Assembly: GCA_963760795.1 (NCBI GenBank)
Contig: CAVXEP010000005.1
Span: forward strand, 32,001 to 96,000
Source of the DNA: an uncultured delta proteobacterium
Lineage (GTDB): Bacteria; Desulfobacterota; Binatia; UBA9968
DNA: 64,000 nucleotides
Direction of reading: 5' to 3'
Both the position numbers and the translations under genes were made by a program. Positions within the stretch are counted from its first letter, which is position 1, and each line of letters opens with the position of its first letter. The notes beneath the pieces were generated by a model that saw nothing but the letters and a program-made list of their open reading frames with translations, did not search any database and was not told the origin of the DNA. Positions 51,547 to 61,600 of this stretch are shown here, piece by piece.

Positions 51547-53668
51547 ATGGCCGGCAATCAACCTTTGGCGCCGCTCTTCGAAGCCGATCGTCTCGCCATC
51601 ATCGGCGCCAGCGACCGCAATCACTACGCCGTCAATGTTTTTAAGAATCTGCAGAACTTCGGTTTCGACACATCGAAAGTCGTGCCGATCAATCCAGGCC
51701 GTCCCGAAGTCTTCGGGTTGAAGGCTTATCCAAGCATACTCGACGTTCCTGGCGAGCTGCCGCTCGCGGTGATTGCCGTCAATACCCAGAATGTGCTCGC
51801 CGTCGTCGAGGATGTCGGTAGAAAAGGCGTCAAGGCCGCGGTGATTTTCGCCGATGGTTTCGCCGAAGGCGGCGAAGCGGGAATGAAGATCCAGCAGGAT
51901 GTCACCGCCGCGGCCAAAGCGGCGAACTTGAAGCTCCTGGGCCCCAACTGCATGGGCTTCGTCGCGCTCCGCTCTAAGCTCGGCATCTGGGGTGGCGAAC
52001 TGCCAAAGAACATCCGCCCCGGCAACATCGGCTGCATTTTTCAGAGCAGCGGCATGATGAATTTATTGATGAACTTCGGCGTCAAGCGCGGTTTGGGCTT
52101 TCACCTTTGCGCCAGCGGCGGCAACGAGATCGTCCTCAACTCCGCCGACTATCTCGCCTACCAGGCCGAATGTGCCGAGATCGACGTCATCTCCTGCTAT
52201 TTCGAAGCGGCGCCCAAAGAGCCGGAACGCTTCGCTGCCGCCCTCGACCGCGCGATAATCAATGGCAAAGCGGTCTTGATCCTGCGCGCCGGCCGCACCG
52301 AGCGCGCCAAGAAAAATGTCATCGCCCACACCGGCCAACTCGCCGGCTCGGCCGCGGCTTGGGACGCCTGCTTCGAGCAACATGGCGCGATCATCGTCAA
52401 CGATCTCGACGATCTCATCGACACTACGGCGCTGTTTGCCGGCGCGCGACTGCGACCGGACCAACATGAGCGCGGTGTCGGTTTAATGACGATCTCCGGC
52501 GGCGACTGCACGTTGCTCTGCGACATCGCCGACCAGGAAGGTCTCAATCTGCCGGAGCTGAGCCCGGCAACCCAGCAAGTCATGGTCGAAGCGCTGGACA
52601 AGCCCACCGTGCTCGGCAACCCCCTCGACGTCGAAGACTTGCAGCGCATGAAACCGGAGGGGTTCGACCGCTGCCTGGAGAAGTTTTTCGCCGAACCCAA
52701 CTTCGACATGCTCGGTGTCCGTTTGAATCTCCCCGAAGCGATCACGCCGTCGGCGGAGAAGCTGTACACGCAGATCTCCGCGCTGAGCAAAGCCAACGAC
52801 AAGCGCGTCTTCGTCCTCACCCGCGCCACCGAACCGCCGGCGCAAGTGTGGTACGACAAATTGAATAGCCTCGGCCTGACCTTCACCGGCGACTATCGCA
52901 AATCCGTCCGCGCCATGAGCCGGCTGCGCAAGAACGAACGCGACCGCGCCATCGGCCGCTTCGTGCCGCCGACGAGATCGAGTGCTCAACCGAACCGTCT
53001 ATCACTCGGCTCCGGCGTCGTGTCATACCGCGACACCGACAAGCTGCTGCAATCCTACGGCATCTCGCTCGCCCCAGGGTTAATGGCGCAATCAGCCGGT
53101 GAAGCGATCAGCGCCGCGGAAAAGCTCGGCTATCCCCTGTGTGCTCAAAGTCGCCTCAGTCGACATCCCACACAAGACCGAGTTCGGCGCCCTGCGCCTT
53201 GGCTTGGAAAACCGCGCCGCGGTCGAGAATGCTTACGAAGAAATGCTCATCAACGTGCGCATGAAGAAGCCCGACGCGAGAATCGAAGGTGTATTGGTGC
53301 AAAAGCAAATCAAAGGCGTCGAATGCCTGCTCGGCATCGACCGCGACGAACAACTCGGTCCGACCTTGGTGATGGGACTTGGCGGCGTCTTCGTGGAAAT
53401 CCTCGCCGACGTGCAAATTAGAATCCCGCCCATCAGCGCCGCCGAAGCCAAGCGCGCGCTGGAAAGTTTGAAAGGCGCCAAAGTCTTCACCGGCGTGCGC
53501 GGCGCAGCGGCGGCAGACCTCGACGCTCTGGCCGACATGGCCGCCAAGCTCTCTTGGCTTGCCCACGATCTCAGGAATGAGATCGCCGAGTTCGATTTGA
53601 ATCCAGTGGTGGTACTGCCAGCCGGTCAAGGCGCCTTCGCCGTCGACGCCTTGCTGGTGATGCGATAA
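51547..53668 (+). CDS. ADP-forming acyl-CoA synthetase (acetate-CoA ligase family, fused alpha-beta); apparent frameshift near 53137
   Basis: IIGAS, LLGPNCMG, QSSG, phospho-His motif AHTGQLAG, NPLD, and ATP-grasp motifs HKTEFG, GLGGVFVE and DLNPV. Confidence 0.9.
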
Positions 53669-53669
53669 A

Positions 53670-53740
53670 GGAGCGTGGACATTGGAGCGCGGACATTCCT
53701 GTCCGCGTTTTTTAATCGCGGGTTAGAATACCCGCTCTCC
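53670..53740. repeat. GGAG-type REP-like doublet, copy 3 of 3, with a duplicated 14-bp head
   Basis: GGAGCGTGGACATT-GGAGCGCGGACATTCCTGTCCGC...GCGGGTTAGAATACCCGCTCTCC. Confidence 0.75.
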
Positions 53741-53915
53741 TTTCACGATAAGACTTGCCGCAGCCACTTAAGAATCGCGTCACGGCACTGAAGATCATGC
53801 AACGTTGGGCATTTTAGTTGCGAAGTCACTTCCAGCGGAACTGGCGGCCCATGGACTTGAATTAACGACGATCGTCGATCAGGATGAGAGTCTGATTCGC
53901 CGCGAGGCAGCGCTC

Positions 53916-54323
53916 ATGTCCGAAGGAATCGTAATCGACGCCAACCCGCCACCCTCCCTGGTTAACACCACACACCTGATCTATGCCCTGCACGCCCTCA
54001 GTCTTCTGATCGGCATAACCACCGCTGCGACGATCATCGGCGCCTTCGTCTTCGGCCTTCCGTCGATTATCGCCGTCATCATCAACTACCTGAAGAGAGA
54101 CGAGGTGCGCGGCACCTTTCTCGAGTCACACTTTCGCTGGCAGATTCGGACGTTTTGGTTTGGCTTCCTCTGGTGTCTGATCGGCGGGTTTTTGTTTGTG
54201 ACTGTCATAGGCATTCCAATTGCGATAATGGTTTTCGTCGCCGCCGGCGTGTGGGTCATCTACCGAGTCGTTCGCGGCTGGCTTGCGCTGCGTGATCGAA
54301 ACCCGATGTACACCAACGGCTGA
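53916..54323 (+). CDS. DUF4870-like small membrane protein
   Basis: IIAVIINYLKR, ESHFRWQIRTFW and WVIYRVVRGW; several TM helices. Confidence 0.85.
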   Translation: MSEGIVIDANPPPSLVNTTHLIYALHALSLLIGITTAATIIGAFVFGLPSIIAVIINYLKRDEVRGTFLESHFRWQIRTFWFGFLWCLIGGFLFVTVIGIPIAIMVFVAAGVWVIYRVVRGWLALRDRNPMYTNG

Positions 54324-54338
54324 CCGCGGCTCCGCGCC

Positions 54339-55250
54339 TTGTTGCCGAAGCAGATTGTAGATCGAAGTTCGGTGGACTCATTGCAAAATCCAAAACCTGT
54401 CCTTAGCCAAGTCGAAGGATCGAAAATCCAATATACCGGTTGCACAATACCGCCCTCGCTCTCTTTATTGACAGCTACTTTCCTCTCGACGTTTTTGCTC
54501 CTCAACCTGCTCACAGTTACGCCAGCCCACTGCTGGTACGACAAAGGACACCGAATCGTCAGTTTGATCGCCCAGGCACATCTCACCGCCGGCGCGCGCA
54601 AGGAGATTGAAAGGATACTTCCAGCCAGCATGACCTTGGCGGACGCAGCCGTTTGGCCGGACCATGAGGGGCGACAAATACGCGAATTCGACCCCCTCCA
54701 CTACGTCCGTATTCCCGAGCAGGCTAGCGGCTACGATCGAGCACGCGACTGCCCGGACAGAAACTGTATGGTTGAAGCCCTCATCTGGTTTTCTGCGGCC
54801 GTCGCCGATAAGAACGCGCCGATCGTGACGAGGAGACTTGCCCTTCGCTATGTCGCCCACCTGGTGGGCGACATGCATCAGCCGCTTCATGCCGGCCGCG
54901 CCGCTGATCGAGGCGGGATCGATATCTCCGTGTCATATAGAGGCGCAACCACGAATCTTCACTACTTCTGGGATTCTAACTTGGTCGACCTGGAAACGGG
55001 CAATGAGGAGGAAATCGCCAAGCGGCTTACAGCGACTCTCACGGCAGCGGATCGCCTCAAATGGCAGGCTGGCGATCCCAAACAGTGGACCGATGAATCG
55101 TTGATGTTAGTCAGGTCGCACGCATACAACACCGGCGCCTCAGGCGAACTAAGCGATGATTACGTGGAAAAAGCCCGCCCGGTCATCCGAAGAAAACTTG
55201 CTCAGGCTGGAATCAGGTTGGCTTGGTTGCTAAATAACGCGTTGAAATAA
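54339..55250 (+). CDS. S1/P1 nuclease family protein, exported; start uncertain
   Basis: Mature N-terminal W-x-x-x-GH after a signal peptide, AVWPD, HLVGDMHQPLH, NLHYFWD and AGIRLA. Confidence 0.9.
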   Translation: MLPKQIVDRSSVDSLQNPKPVLSQVEGSKIQYTGCTIPPSLSLLTATFLSTFLLLNLLTVTPAHCWYDKGHRIVSLIAQAHLTAGARKEIERILPASMTLADAAVWPDHEGRQIREFDPLHYVRIPEQASGYDRARDCPDRNCMVEALIWFSAAVADKNAPIVTRRLALRYVAHLVGDMHQPLHAGRAADRGGIDISVSYRGATTNLHYFWDSNLVDLETGNEEEIAKRLTATLTAADRLKWQAGDPKQWTDESLMLVRSHAYNTGASGELSDDYVEKARPVIRRKLAQAGIRLAWLLNNALK

Positions 55251-55449
55251 CGACCCCGCCGAGTACCGAACACTCCCTTGACCACAATCTTCCCCTCCTC
55301 CGACACACTGCGCGGCTTAAGACGATTCACAACTAACGTTGCCAAACGTCTAAGCAGATGGCGCTTGACGTTGCCTTGGGGTGTTTCAGGAAACCACTCG
55401 ACCCCTCGGCGAATCCGAGGATACGATTGACGCCTGCGCTTAGGAGGTA

Positions 55450-56244
55450 GTGGTCATGATTGGAGAATCCACCGCTCAAACGCGGCTTTGCCCAGACTGC
55501 GCCAACAGTATCGCGGCAGATGCCGCGAATTGTCCTTATTGCAAGGCCGAGCTCTCATCGCAGTCTGCTCCGCAATGGCTCAAGCGCGGCGGACAATCAT
55601 CACAACCAAGAATTGGCCCGGAGAATCCCAAGAGATTCTCAATCCCGGCCAAATTTATCTGGATCGCCGCCATGCTCGTTGTGGCTGTGAACGCCTTTTT
55701 TGCCGGAGGCTACAGACAACGCAGCGAGCTCGCGCTGTCTTCTCAGGCCAACCTCAAGCAGCTCCAAGGGAAAGATCAAATGATTCAAAGTCAGGAAGGG
55801 CAACTTGCGCAAACGCGCCAACAACTGAACGATACCTCCAATCAGCTCGCCGAAATGAAGAATAAACTCGAGGCAAGCCAGAAAGAACTTTTGCTAGCAA
55901 AGCAACGCGTGAGTGCCGTGGCGCAGCAAATAGATCGTCCGACCGCGAGCCGGTCTCCGGTCGCTAAAAGAACTGCATCGCGCGCGACGGACACCGCTGG
56001 CTCGATGCCTCAGCCGGCGACGGCAACACAAACAGCCGCTCCGGGTGTCTATGAGACAACCCGAGCGACGTCGGTATATGAAAATCCGTCATCGACCGCG
56101 CGCATTATCTCGCAAATCGGCGGCGGAACCAGGATCAACGTCGTAAGTTCTGCCGCAGGTTGGCTGGAAGTGCGGTCCAAGCGCGGCAATCCTCCAGGCT
56201 ACGTACGCGCCGATGATGCGCGGGTGATCGGCGGAACGAGCTGA
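55450..56244 (+). CDS. Zinc ribbon - TM - coiled coil - SH3-like membrane protein
   Basis: CPDC...CPYC, one TM helix, Q-rich coil and C-terminal GWLEVRS...GYV; AGGAGG RBS. Confidence 0.8.
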   Translation: MVMIGESTAQTRLCPDCANSIAADAANCPYCKAELSSQSAPQWLKRGGQSSQPRIGPENPKRFSIPAKFIWIAAMLVVAVNAFFAGGYRQRSELALSSQANLKQLQGKDQMIQSQEGQLAQTRQQLNDTSNQLAEMKNKLEASQKELLLAKQRVSAVAQQIDRPTASRSPVAKRTASRATDTAGSMPQPATATQTAAPGVYETTRATSVYENPSSTARIISQIGGGTRINVVSSAAGWLEVRSKRGNPPGYVRADDARVIGGTS

Positions 56245-56604
56245 GAATTGCCCGCAAATAGGGCTCGGCCTGTAGTCAATTCACTGCCAAAACTTCAATT
56301 CGCTGCCAGTCGGGACCGGTTCGACCACTGTCAATTTCACTAGTCCGTGAGCCCACCCGGAGTGTGTTCTAAGACCAGACCGCAACCTTTTTGGCTCGGC
56401 GTTTGTTGTTCCACTAGGCGCTGCTTCCTTCCGCCGGGAAATCGCCTCGCACACCTCATACCTGTCATCGTCAGCGACAACGTCAAGACACAAGCCCGTA
56501 AACCCTTAACTTTCCCCTCGACATAGAAAATTGACTTTTATAATGTGGGCCGTGACGCGTTTTCGCCGCCGGTTCGGCAACTTATTTCCAGGAGGAACTG
56601 AACG

Positions 56605-57585
56605 ATGAATAACTTAATCCTGTCGATGATCTCACCGCTGCTGATCGGCGTGTTGTTGTTTCCCGGCAAAGCGGCATTCGCCCTCGATAAAATCAACGTC
56701 ACCCTGCCGTCCAAGTCGTTTCAGTTCATCATCTTTCCGCTCGCCAAGGAGCGGGGTTATATGAAAGAGGAAGGGATCGATCTCAATATCGTCGTCATGG
56801 CCTCCACCCCGGGCCTGCAAGCCGTGCTCGCCGGTGAAATGGATTTCACCGGTTCCGGCAGCAGCGCCCTGGTCGCCGTCACTCAAGGCAATGCGCCGCT
56901 CAAAACCGTCCTGGCGGTCACCGATCAGGTGCTGCAGTGGCTCATGGTCCGGCCCCAGTACAGCGCTTTCAAAGATCTAAAGAATAAAAAGGTCGCCGTC
57001 ACCGGCGTCGCCGCGGTGGCGACGTTTATGTTGAAAAAAGTTGCCCCGAAGTACGGCCTCGACGCCAACAAGGATTTGACCTTTCTCGCCTTGCCGCCGG
57101 GCCAGCGCCTTGCGGCGCTACAGACGGGGGTCGTGGATGGCGGGCTATTGAGTTCGGAGGAACGCTTTGCCGCCCTCGATCAAGGCATGAAAGAGATCTT
57201 GTATCTGGGCAAAGAAGTGAAAAATTCCTGGGGCACCATCGCGACCAACGACCAGTTCATCAAAGGCAAACCCAAGTTGATGCACGGATTCACGCGCGCC
57301 CTGCTCAAAGCTCTGCGCCTGGTCAAGCAGAACCGCGAGGTCGCGATGGATGCGATGATGAAGTTCTCCGAGTTAGACAGGGAATTGGCGGCGCGCACTT
57401 ACGACGGCATGATCGGAACTTTTACGACCAACGGCGTGGTCGACGAAGAAACCCAGAAAAACGATCTCGACATCGTTCGCGAGGTCCTCAAAGTCACCAA
57501 GGAAGTGCCCATCGAGCGCGCCTACGATTTCAGCTTTGCCAAGAAAGCCGATATCGAGCTAACCCAAGCGGGCTGGAAACCTTAG
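56605..57585 (+). CDS. ABC transporter substrate-binding protein (NMT1/SsuA-like)
   Basis: Signal peptide AFA-L, LAKERGYMKEEGIDL, DLKNKKVAV and YDFSF; AGGAGG RBS. Confidence 0.88.
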   Translation: MNNLILSMISPLLIGVLLFPGKAAFALDKINVTLPSKSFQFIIFPLAKERGYMKEEGIDLNIVVMASTPGLQAVLAGEMDFTGSGSSALVAVTQGNAPLKTVLAVTDQVLQWLMVRPQYSAFKDLKNKKVAVTGVAAVATFMLKKVAPKYGLDANKDLTFLALPPGQRLAALQTGVVDGGLLSSEERFAALDQGMKEILYLGKEVKNSWGTIATNDQFIKGKPKLMHGFTRALLKALRLVKQNREVAMDAMMKFSELDRELAARTYDGMIGTFTTNGVVDEETQKNDLDIVREVLKVTKEVPIERAYDFSFAKKADIELTQAGWKP

Positions 57586-57609
57586 AAACTCTTGCGGGTG
57601 GGGCGCTCC

Positions 57610-57682
57610 AGTAATACGAAGAGCACGAAGTTCGGAGTCTTAATTATGTGAAACCTTCTTGTCCTGAGCGCTCTTCGTGGTG
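57610..57682. repeat. ACGAAGAGCACGAAG...TTCGTG repeat, copy 1
   Basis: The 29 bp AGTAATACGAAGAGCACGAAGTTCGGAGT is identical to 62696-62724. Confidence 0.7.
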
Positions 57683-57762
57683 CAAAAAATAAACTGAAAA
57701 TTAAACATGATTTGCTCAAAAATCTGAAGGACCAGTTTCTAACGGAGGCAGATCGATTCAGC

Positions 57763-58521
57763 ATGGGGCAAAAATTTTACGTCGTATGGTCAGGACGGCA
57801 GACCGGTGTCTTCACGGATTGGGCGACCACGCAGCGGGCCGTGGACAAGTTTGCCGGGGCGCGCTTCAAGTCCTTCCCGACCCGTGCGGAAGCCGAGCAG
57901 GCCTTTGGCCGCGGCGGCTCCGCAAGCATTTCGCCCAAAACGGTGAGAAGGAAAAATGCCAGCACACCCGACAGCGCACGCCGAGCCGCGCATACCGCTC
58001 ATCAATTCGATGTCAGTATCTATTGCGATGGCGCCTGCGAGCCCAACCCCGGCAACGCCGGCTCCGGCATCGTGGTCTATCGAGCCGGCCAACTCGCGCA
58101 ATTGTGGTATGGCCTGTACAACCCCAGGGGGACCAATAATACCGCCGAACTGAACGCGCTCTATCACGCCTTGCGCATGGCCGAAACGGAAATTACGGCC
58201 GGTAACAGCGTCGAGATCTGCAGCGACTCGGCGTACTCCATCAATTGCATTCGCAGTTGGGCTCCAGGCTGGGAAAAGAAGGGCTGGAAAAAAGCTGGCG
58301 GCGAGATCAAGAACCTGGAGATCATCCAGGACTGTTACGCGATCTACCGGCGCATTAAAAAACAACTGACCCTCACCCACGTCGCCGCCCACGTTGGCAC
58401 CGAAGGCAACGAACTCGCCGACCGCATGGCCATGCTCGGCGCCCAGCTTAAAGAAAAAGAACTGCGGCAATATCAGGGAGAAATAGATATTCCGGCGCTG
58501 CTCAAGATCCGGGCCGGGTGA
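57763..58521 (+). CDS. rnhA: Ribonuclease HI with N-terminal hybrid-binding (viroplasmin-like) domain
   Basis: KFYVVWSGRQTGVFTDW...FKSF, then YCDGAC-NPG, TNNTAEL, SDSAYSI and HVAAHVGTEGNELADR. Confidence 0.9.
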   Translation: MGQKFYVVWSGRQTGVFTDWATTQRAVDKFAGARFKSFPTRAEAEQAFGRGGSASISPKTVRRKNASTPDSARRAAHTAHQFDVSIYCDGACEPNPGNAGSGIVVYRAGQLAQLWYGLYNPRGTNNTAELNALYHALRMAETEITAGNSVEICSDSAYSINCIRSWAPGWEKKGWKKAGGEIKNLEIIQDCYAIYRRIKKQLTLTHVAAHVGTEGNELADRMAMLGAQLKEKELRQYQGEIDIPALLKIRAG

Positions 58522-58638
58522 ATAAAGATCGGTTGGGATGAAGGCTGGTCGACGAACGAAACAGCTGCGCCCGTATGATACTTGATAGCACCGCGTTATT
58601 GCGATAAGCGGTGTCAGAAACTTGAGAGGAGAACTTCG

Positions 58639-59400
58639 TTGAAGCAAAAGTATTTCGATTGCCATTTTCATATCATCGACAAGAATTTCCCCGTCGTGCC
58701 CAATCAAGGGTTCATGCCCGACGCCTTTACCAGCGAGGATTATTTGGAGCGGGTCAAAGCGATCGACCTGTGCGGCGGCGCGGTGGTGTCTGGCTCTTTC
58801 CAGGAGTTGGATCAATCGTATCTATTTCACGCTCTAAAGTTCCTAGGCCCGACCTTTGTCGGCGTCACCCAAGTGCCGCAGACCGTGTCGGATCGGGAGT
58901 TGCAGGAACTCAACAACGCCGGGGTTCGCGCCGTCCGTTTCAACGTCAAGCGCGGCGGTTCGGAAGACGTCCGGCATCTGGAAGGCTTCGCCCGGCGCGT
59001 TCATAAGCTGGTCGGCTGGCACACCGAGTTGTATGTCGATTCCACCGAGCTTGCCGGTCTTTTCGATACACTCGTGTCGTTGCCGGCGGTCAGCATCGAC
59101 CATCTCGGTCTCTCCAAAGCCGGTTTCCCGACGCTGCTCAAACTCGCGGAAAAGGGAGTGCGGGTAAAAGCCACTGGCTTCGGACGGGTCGACTTCGACG
59201 TGCGCTCCGCCCTGACCGATCTGTACGCGGCCAACCCGCGGGCACTCATGTTCGGCACCGATCTGCCTTCCACCCGCGCGCCAAGGCCGTATCTCGATAG
59301 CGATTACACGCTGGTCTTGGAAACCTTAGGAGAAGAAAAGGCGGCGAATGTTTTTTATAAGAACGCGATTGAGTTTTACCGGCCGAAGCACGCTGGCTAG
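58639..59400 (+). CDS. Amidohydrolase family protein (2-pyrone-4,6-dicarboxylate lactonase-like)
   Basis: FDCHFHI, GVRAVRFN, IDHLG and MFGTDLPS; GAGGAG RBS before TTG 58639. Confidence 0.87.
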   Translation: MKQKYFDCHFHIIDKNFPVVPNQGFMPDAFTSEDYLERVKAIDLCGGAVVSGSFQELDQSYLFHALKFLGPTFVGVTQVPQTVSDRELQELNNAGVRAVRFNVKRGGSEDVRHLEGFARRVHKLVGWHTELYVDSTELAGLFDTLVSLPAVSIDHLGLSKAGFPTLLKLAEKGVRVKATGFGRVDFDVRSALTDLYAANPRALMFGTDLPSTRAPRPYLDSDYTLVLETLGEEKAANVFYKNAIEFYRPKHAG

Positions 59401-59522
59401 AGCTCGCCCTCTCATCAGGGGTGATGAATCAATCTCCGGCAGCCGGCGCAAGGATTTGTCGCTCTCATTTTTTTCTACCCGGCATTCTAGATTCACAGAG
59501 AGAAATCGCCCAGAATCAGTTT

Positions 59523-60527
59523 ATGGCTAGTCCGCTGATTTCTTTCTTAACCGGCCTCGGTTCGCGCCGCATCGTGGAAGCTGTCACACCGGCGCGTACG
59601 ATGGCGGATGTCGTATTGGCGCCGCACACCCGCCGCACCTTGGAGCAGGCGCTGGCGCAAGTGCGCAATTACAACTTGATTTTTAACCGCTGGGGCCTGG
59701 GCGAACGGCATACTTCGGGCCGGGGAATGGCGTTTAACTTCGCCGGACAGCCGGGCACGGGAAAGACGATCTGCGCCGAAGCGATCGCCTATGAGCTTGG
59801 TTTGAAGCTTCTCGTGGTCAATTATGCCGAGGCCGAGTCGATGTGGTTCGGCGAGACGCCAAAAAATATCGTCGCGACGTTCCGCGCGGCGGCTGAGCAA
59901 AATGCCGTCCTACTATTTGACGAGGCCGACGCCATCGCCATGCGCCGCTCCTCGGGCGCCGGGCTGCCGCATGAACGGGAAAGCAATCTCACCGTCAACG
60001 TTCTCCTGCATGAGTTGGAGTCGTTCAATGGCATCGTAATTTTCGCGACCAATCTGGCAGCGAACTTCGATCCCGCATTCGAACGCCGCATCCGCGCCCA
60101 TGTGCTGTTTGAGATCCCCGGACCGGAAGAACGCGCACGCATCTGGGAGCTGCAAATTCATCCGAAGAAGACTCCGTTGGCATCCGACGTTGATTTCCGG
60201 GTGCTCGGCGAGCGCTATGCGGTGAGCGGCGGCGATATCAAGAATGCGGTTCTCAAAGCCGCCGCCTTAGCCGCCGCCCAACCAGGCTCAGATTTGGCTA
60301 AACGCATTAAGCAGCAGGATTTCGCAGTCGCCATGGATGAGGTGTTGGCGGCCAAGACGGTGATGCAGCAGTCACTCTTCGCCGACACCCGGATTGCAGC
60401 AGCCGATGCCGTTAATGCGCGCGCGATGGAGCCGCTATGGCGCAGCGCAGTTTTCGCCGCCCTGGCGCTAGCCGGAATCGCCCTGATCACCGCCTTCGTG
60501 GCGGTAGCGTTGGCGCTCATGCATTGA
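59523..60527 (+). CDS. AAA+ ATPase with C-terminal transmembrane helix
   Basis: Walker A GQPGTGKT, pore loop SMWFGE, Walker B LLFDEAD, SRH ATN...DPAFERR, and hydrophobic tail AVFAALALAGIALITAFVAVALALMH. Confidence 0.88.
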   Translation: MASPLISFLTGLGSRRIVEAVTPARTMADVVLAPHTRRTLEQALAQVRNYNLIFNRWGLGERHTSGRGMAFNFAGQPGTGKTICAEAIAYELGLKLLVVNYAEAESMWFGETPKNIVATFRAAAEQNAVLLFDEADAIAMRRSSGAGLPHERESNLTVNVLLHELESFNGIVIFATNLAANFDPAFERRIRAHVLFEIPGPEERARIWELQIHPKKTPLASDVDFRVLGERYAVSGGDIKNAVLKAAALAAAQPGSDLAKRIKQQDFAVAMDEVLAAKTVMQQSLFADTRIAAADAVNARAMEPLWRSAVFAALALAGIALITAFVAVALALMH

Positions 60528-60749
60528 ATCATGATCTCGTGAATAATAGATCCTCATTCTCTTTTTCATAACGCTTCAGAAACCTCGTCACACGCTTACA
60601 GCCTCAAATAGGCCAGCCGCGGCCCACCGTCGGCTGTTTGTAATTGCCCGTTGATATCCGGCTCGTCCCAATGACGGGACACATACTTGCGTTATGTCTC
60701 ATAATTATCTTCGTAGCGATGTTTTCAGCTGAATTATCACGACTTTTTA

Positions 60750-60766
60750 TTGGTATCATATGTGCT
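60750..60766 (+). promoter_or_regulatory. Candidate sigma-54 promoter of the CsbD gene
   Basis: TTGGTATCATATGTGCT has GG-N10-GC spacing, ~36 nt upstream of the ATG. Confidence 0.3.
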
Positions 60767-60801
60767 TTTATTAGTGCTAGTTTACGGAAAGGAGACAGTA
60801 T

Positions 60802-61050
60802 ATGAACAGCAATCAATTTAAGGGCGAATGGAAACAATTCAAAGGCGAACTCAAGAGAAAATGGGCCGACTTAACCGATGACGATTTGTTAGAAGCCGAG
60901 GGCGGCTACGATAAATTCCTAGGGGTTATCCAAAAGAGATATGGCGATAAACAAGAAGAAGTAAAAAACTGGGCAGAAGATTGGTATTCAAAACGGGAGC
61001 GAGATGAGATCGCATCGAGAAAAGCCAGCGAGTCAAGAAACCAAAGGTAA
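60802..61050 (+). CDS. CsbD family stress protein
   Basis: MNSNQFKGEWKQFKGELKRKWADLTDDDL...GVIQKRYG; AAAGGAG RBS. Confidence 0.92.
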   Translation: MNSNQFKGEWKQFKGELKRKWADLTDDDLLEAEGGYDKFLGVIQKRYGDKQEEVKNWAEDWYSKRERDEIASRKASESRNQR

Positions 61051-61600
61051 AATAGGCGCTCTGGCCTGACGCTAACTGGCACCGCGCTAATCAAGAACCC
61101 GACCGTCGCGGCCGCCGCAAGAATAGAATATTGCGCTGCTCAAAATTTGAGCGCTGGCCGAGGTATATCAGGTGTCTCACGAACGGGACACATTCACGCG
61201 TTCTGTCTCAAATTAGAGATTGTCGATCTTTAAATAATCCATATAGTGTCTGTAGTTTTCCTGCAAATTTTTCCTCCATATCGATTTCAGCAGGTGTAAT
61301 ACCTGGCTCACAGTTCGGCCCGCTTTCCTAGAATCCTAAGCTAGGTAACGACGCCGTTCGCGATGTACGCCACCCGCGTACCTGGTGACCAACGCGATAT
61401 CGAATGAATCTTCGGCTGATTGGTTTACTAGCACCGACTTTGCAACTAGCGGTTACATGACTGTCAACAAAAGTTTACGCGGATTTAACCTAGAAAAGCC
61501 TTTTACCTGTTTAGATTCACTAAATAAACCTCTGGAACAGACGTTGCTTAAGCAAAACACCCAAGTACAGAAATACGTGCGATGGAAGGAAGCGAACGCC

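Noticed and set aside
8340-53137. Programmed frameshifting or phase variation at the split genes
   Set aside because: No shared slippery motif or long repeat tract; the breaks are scattered, including in housekeeping genes.
55251-56604. Riboswitches in the long intergenic gaps around the SH3 gene
   Set aside because: Only small hairpins (e.g. CCTCGG-CGAAT-CCGAGG); no aptamer consensus that I recognise.
59523-60527. Contractile injection system ATPase
   Set aside because: The AAA core is similar in style, but there are no sheath, tube or baseplate genes and no long N-terminal domain.
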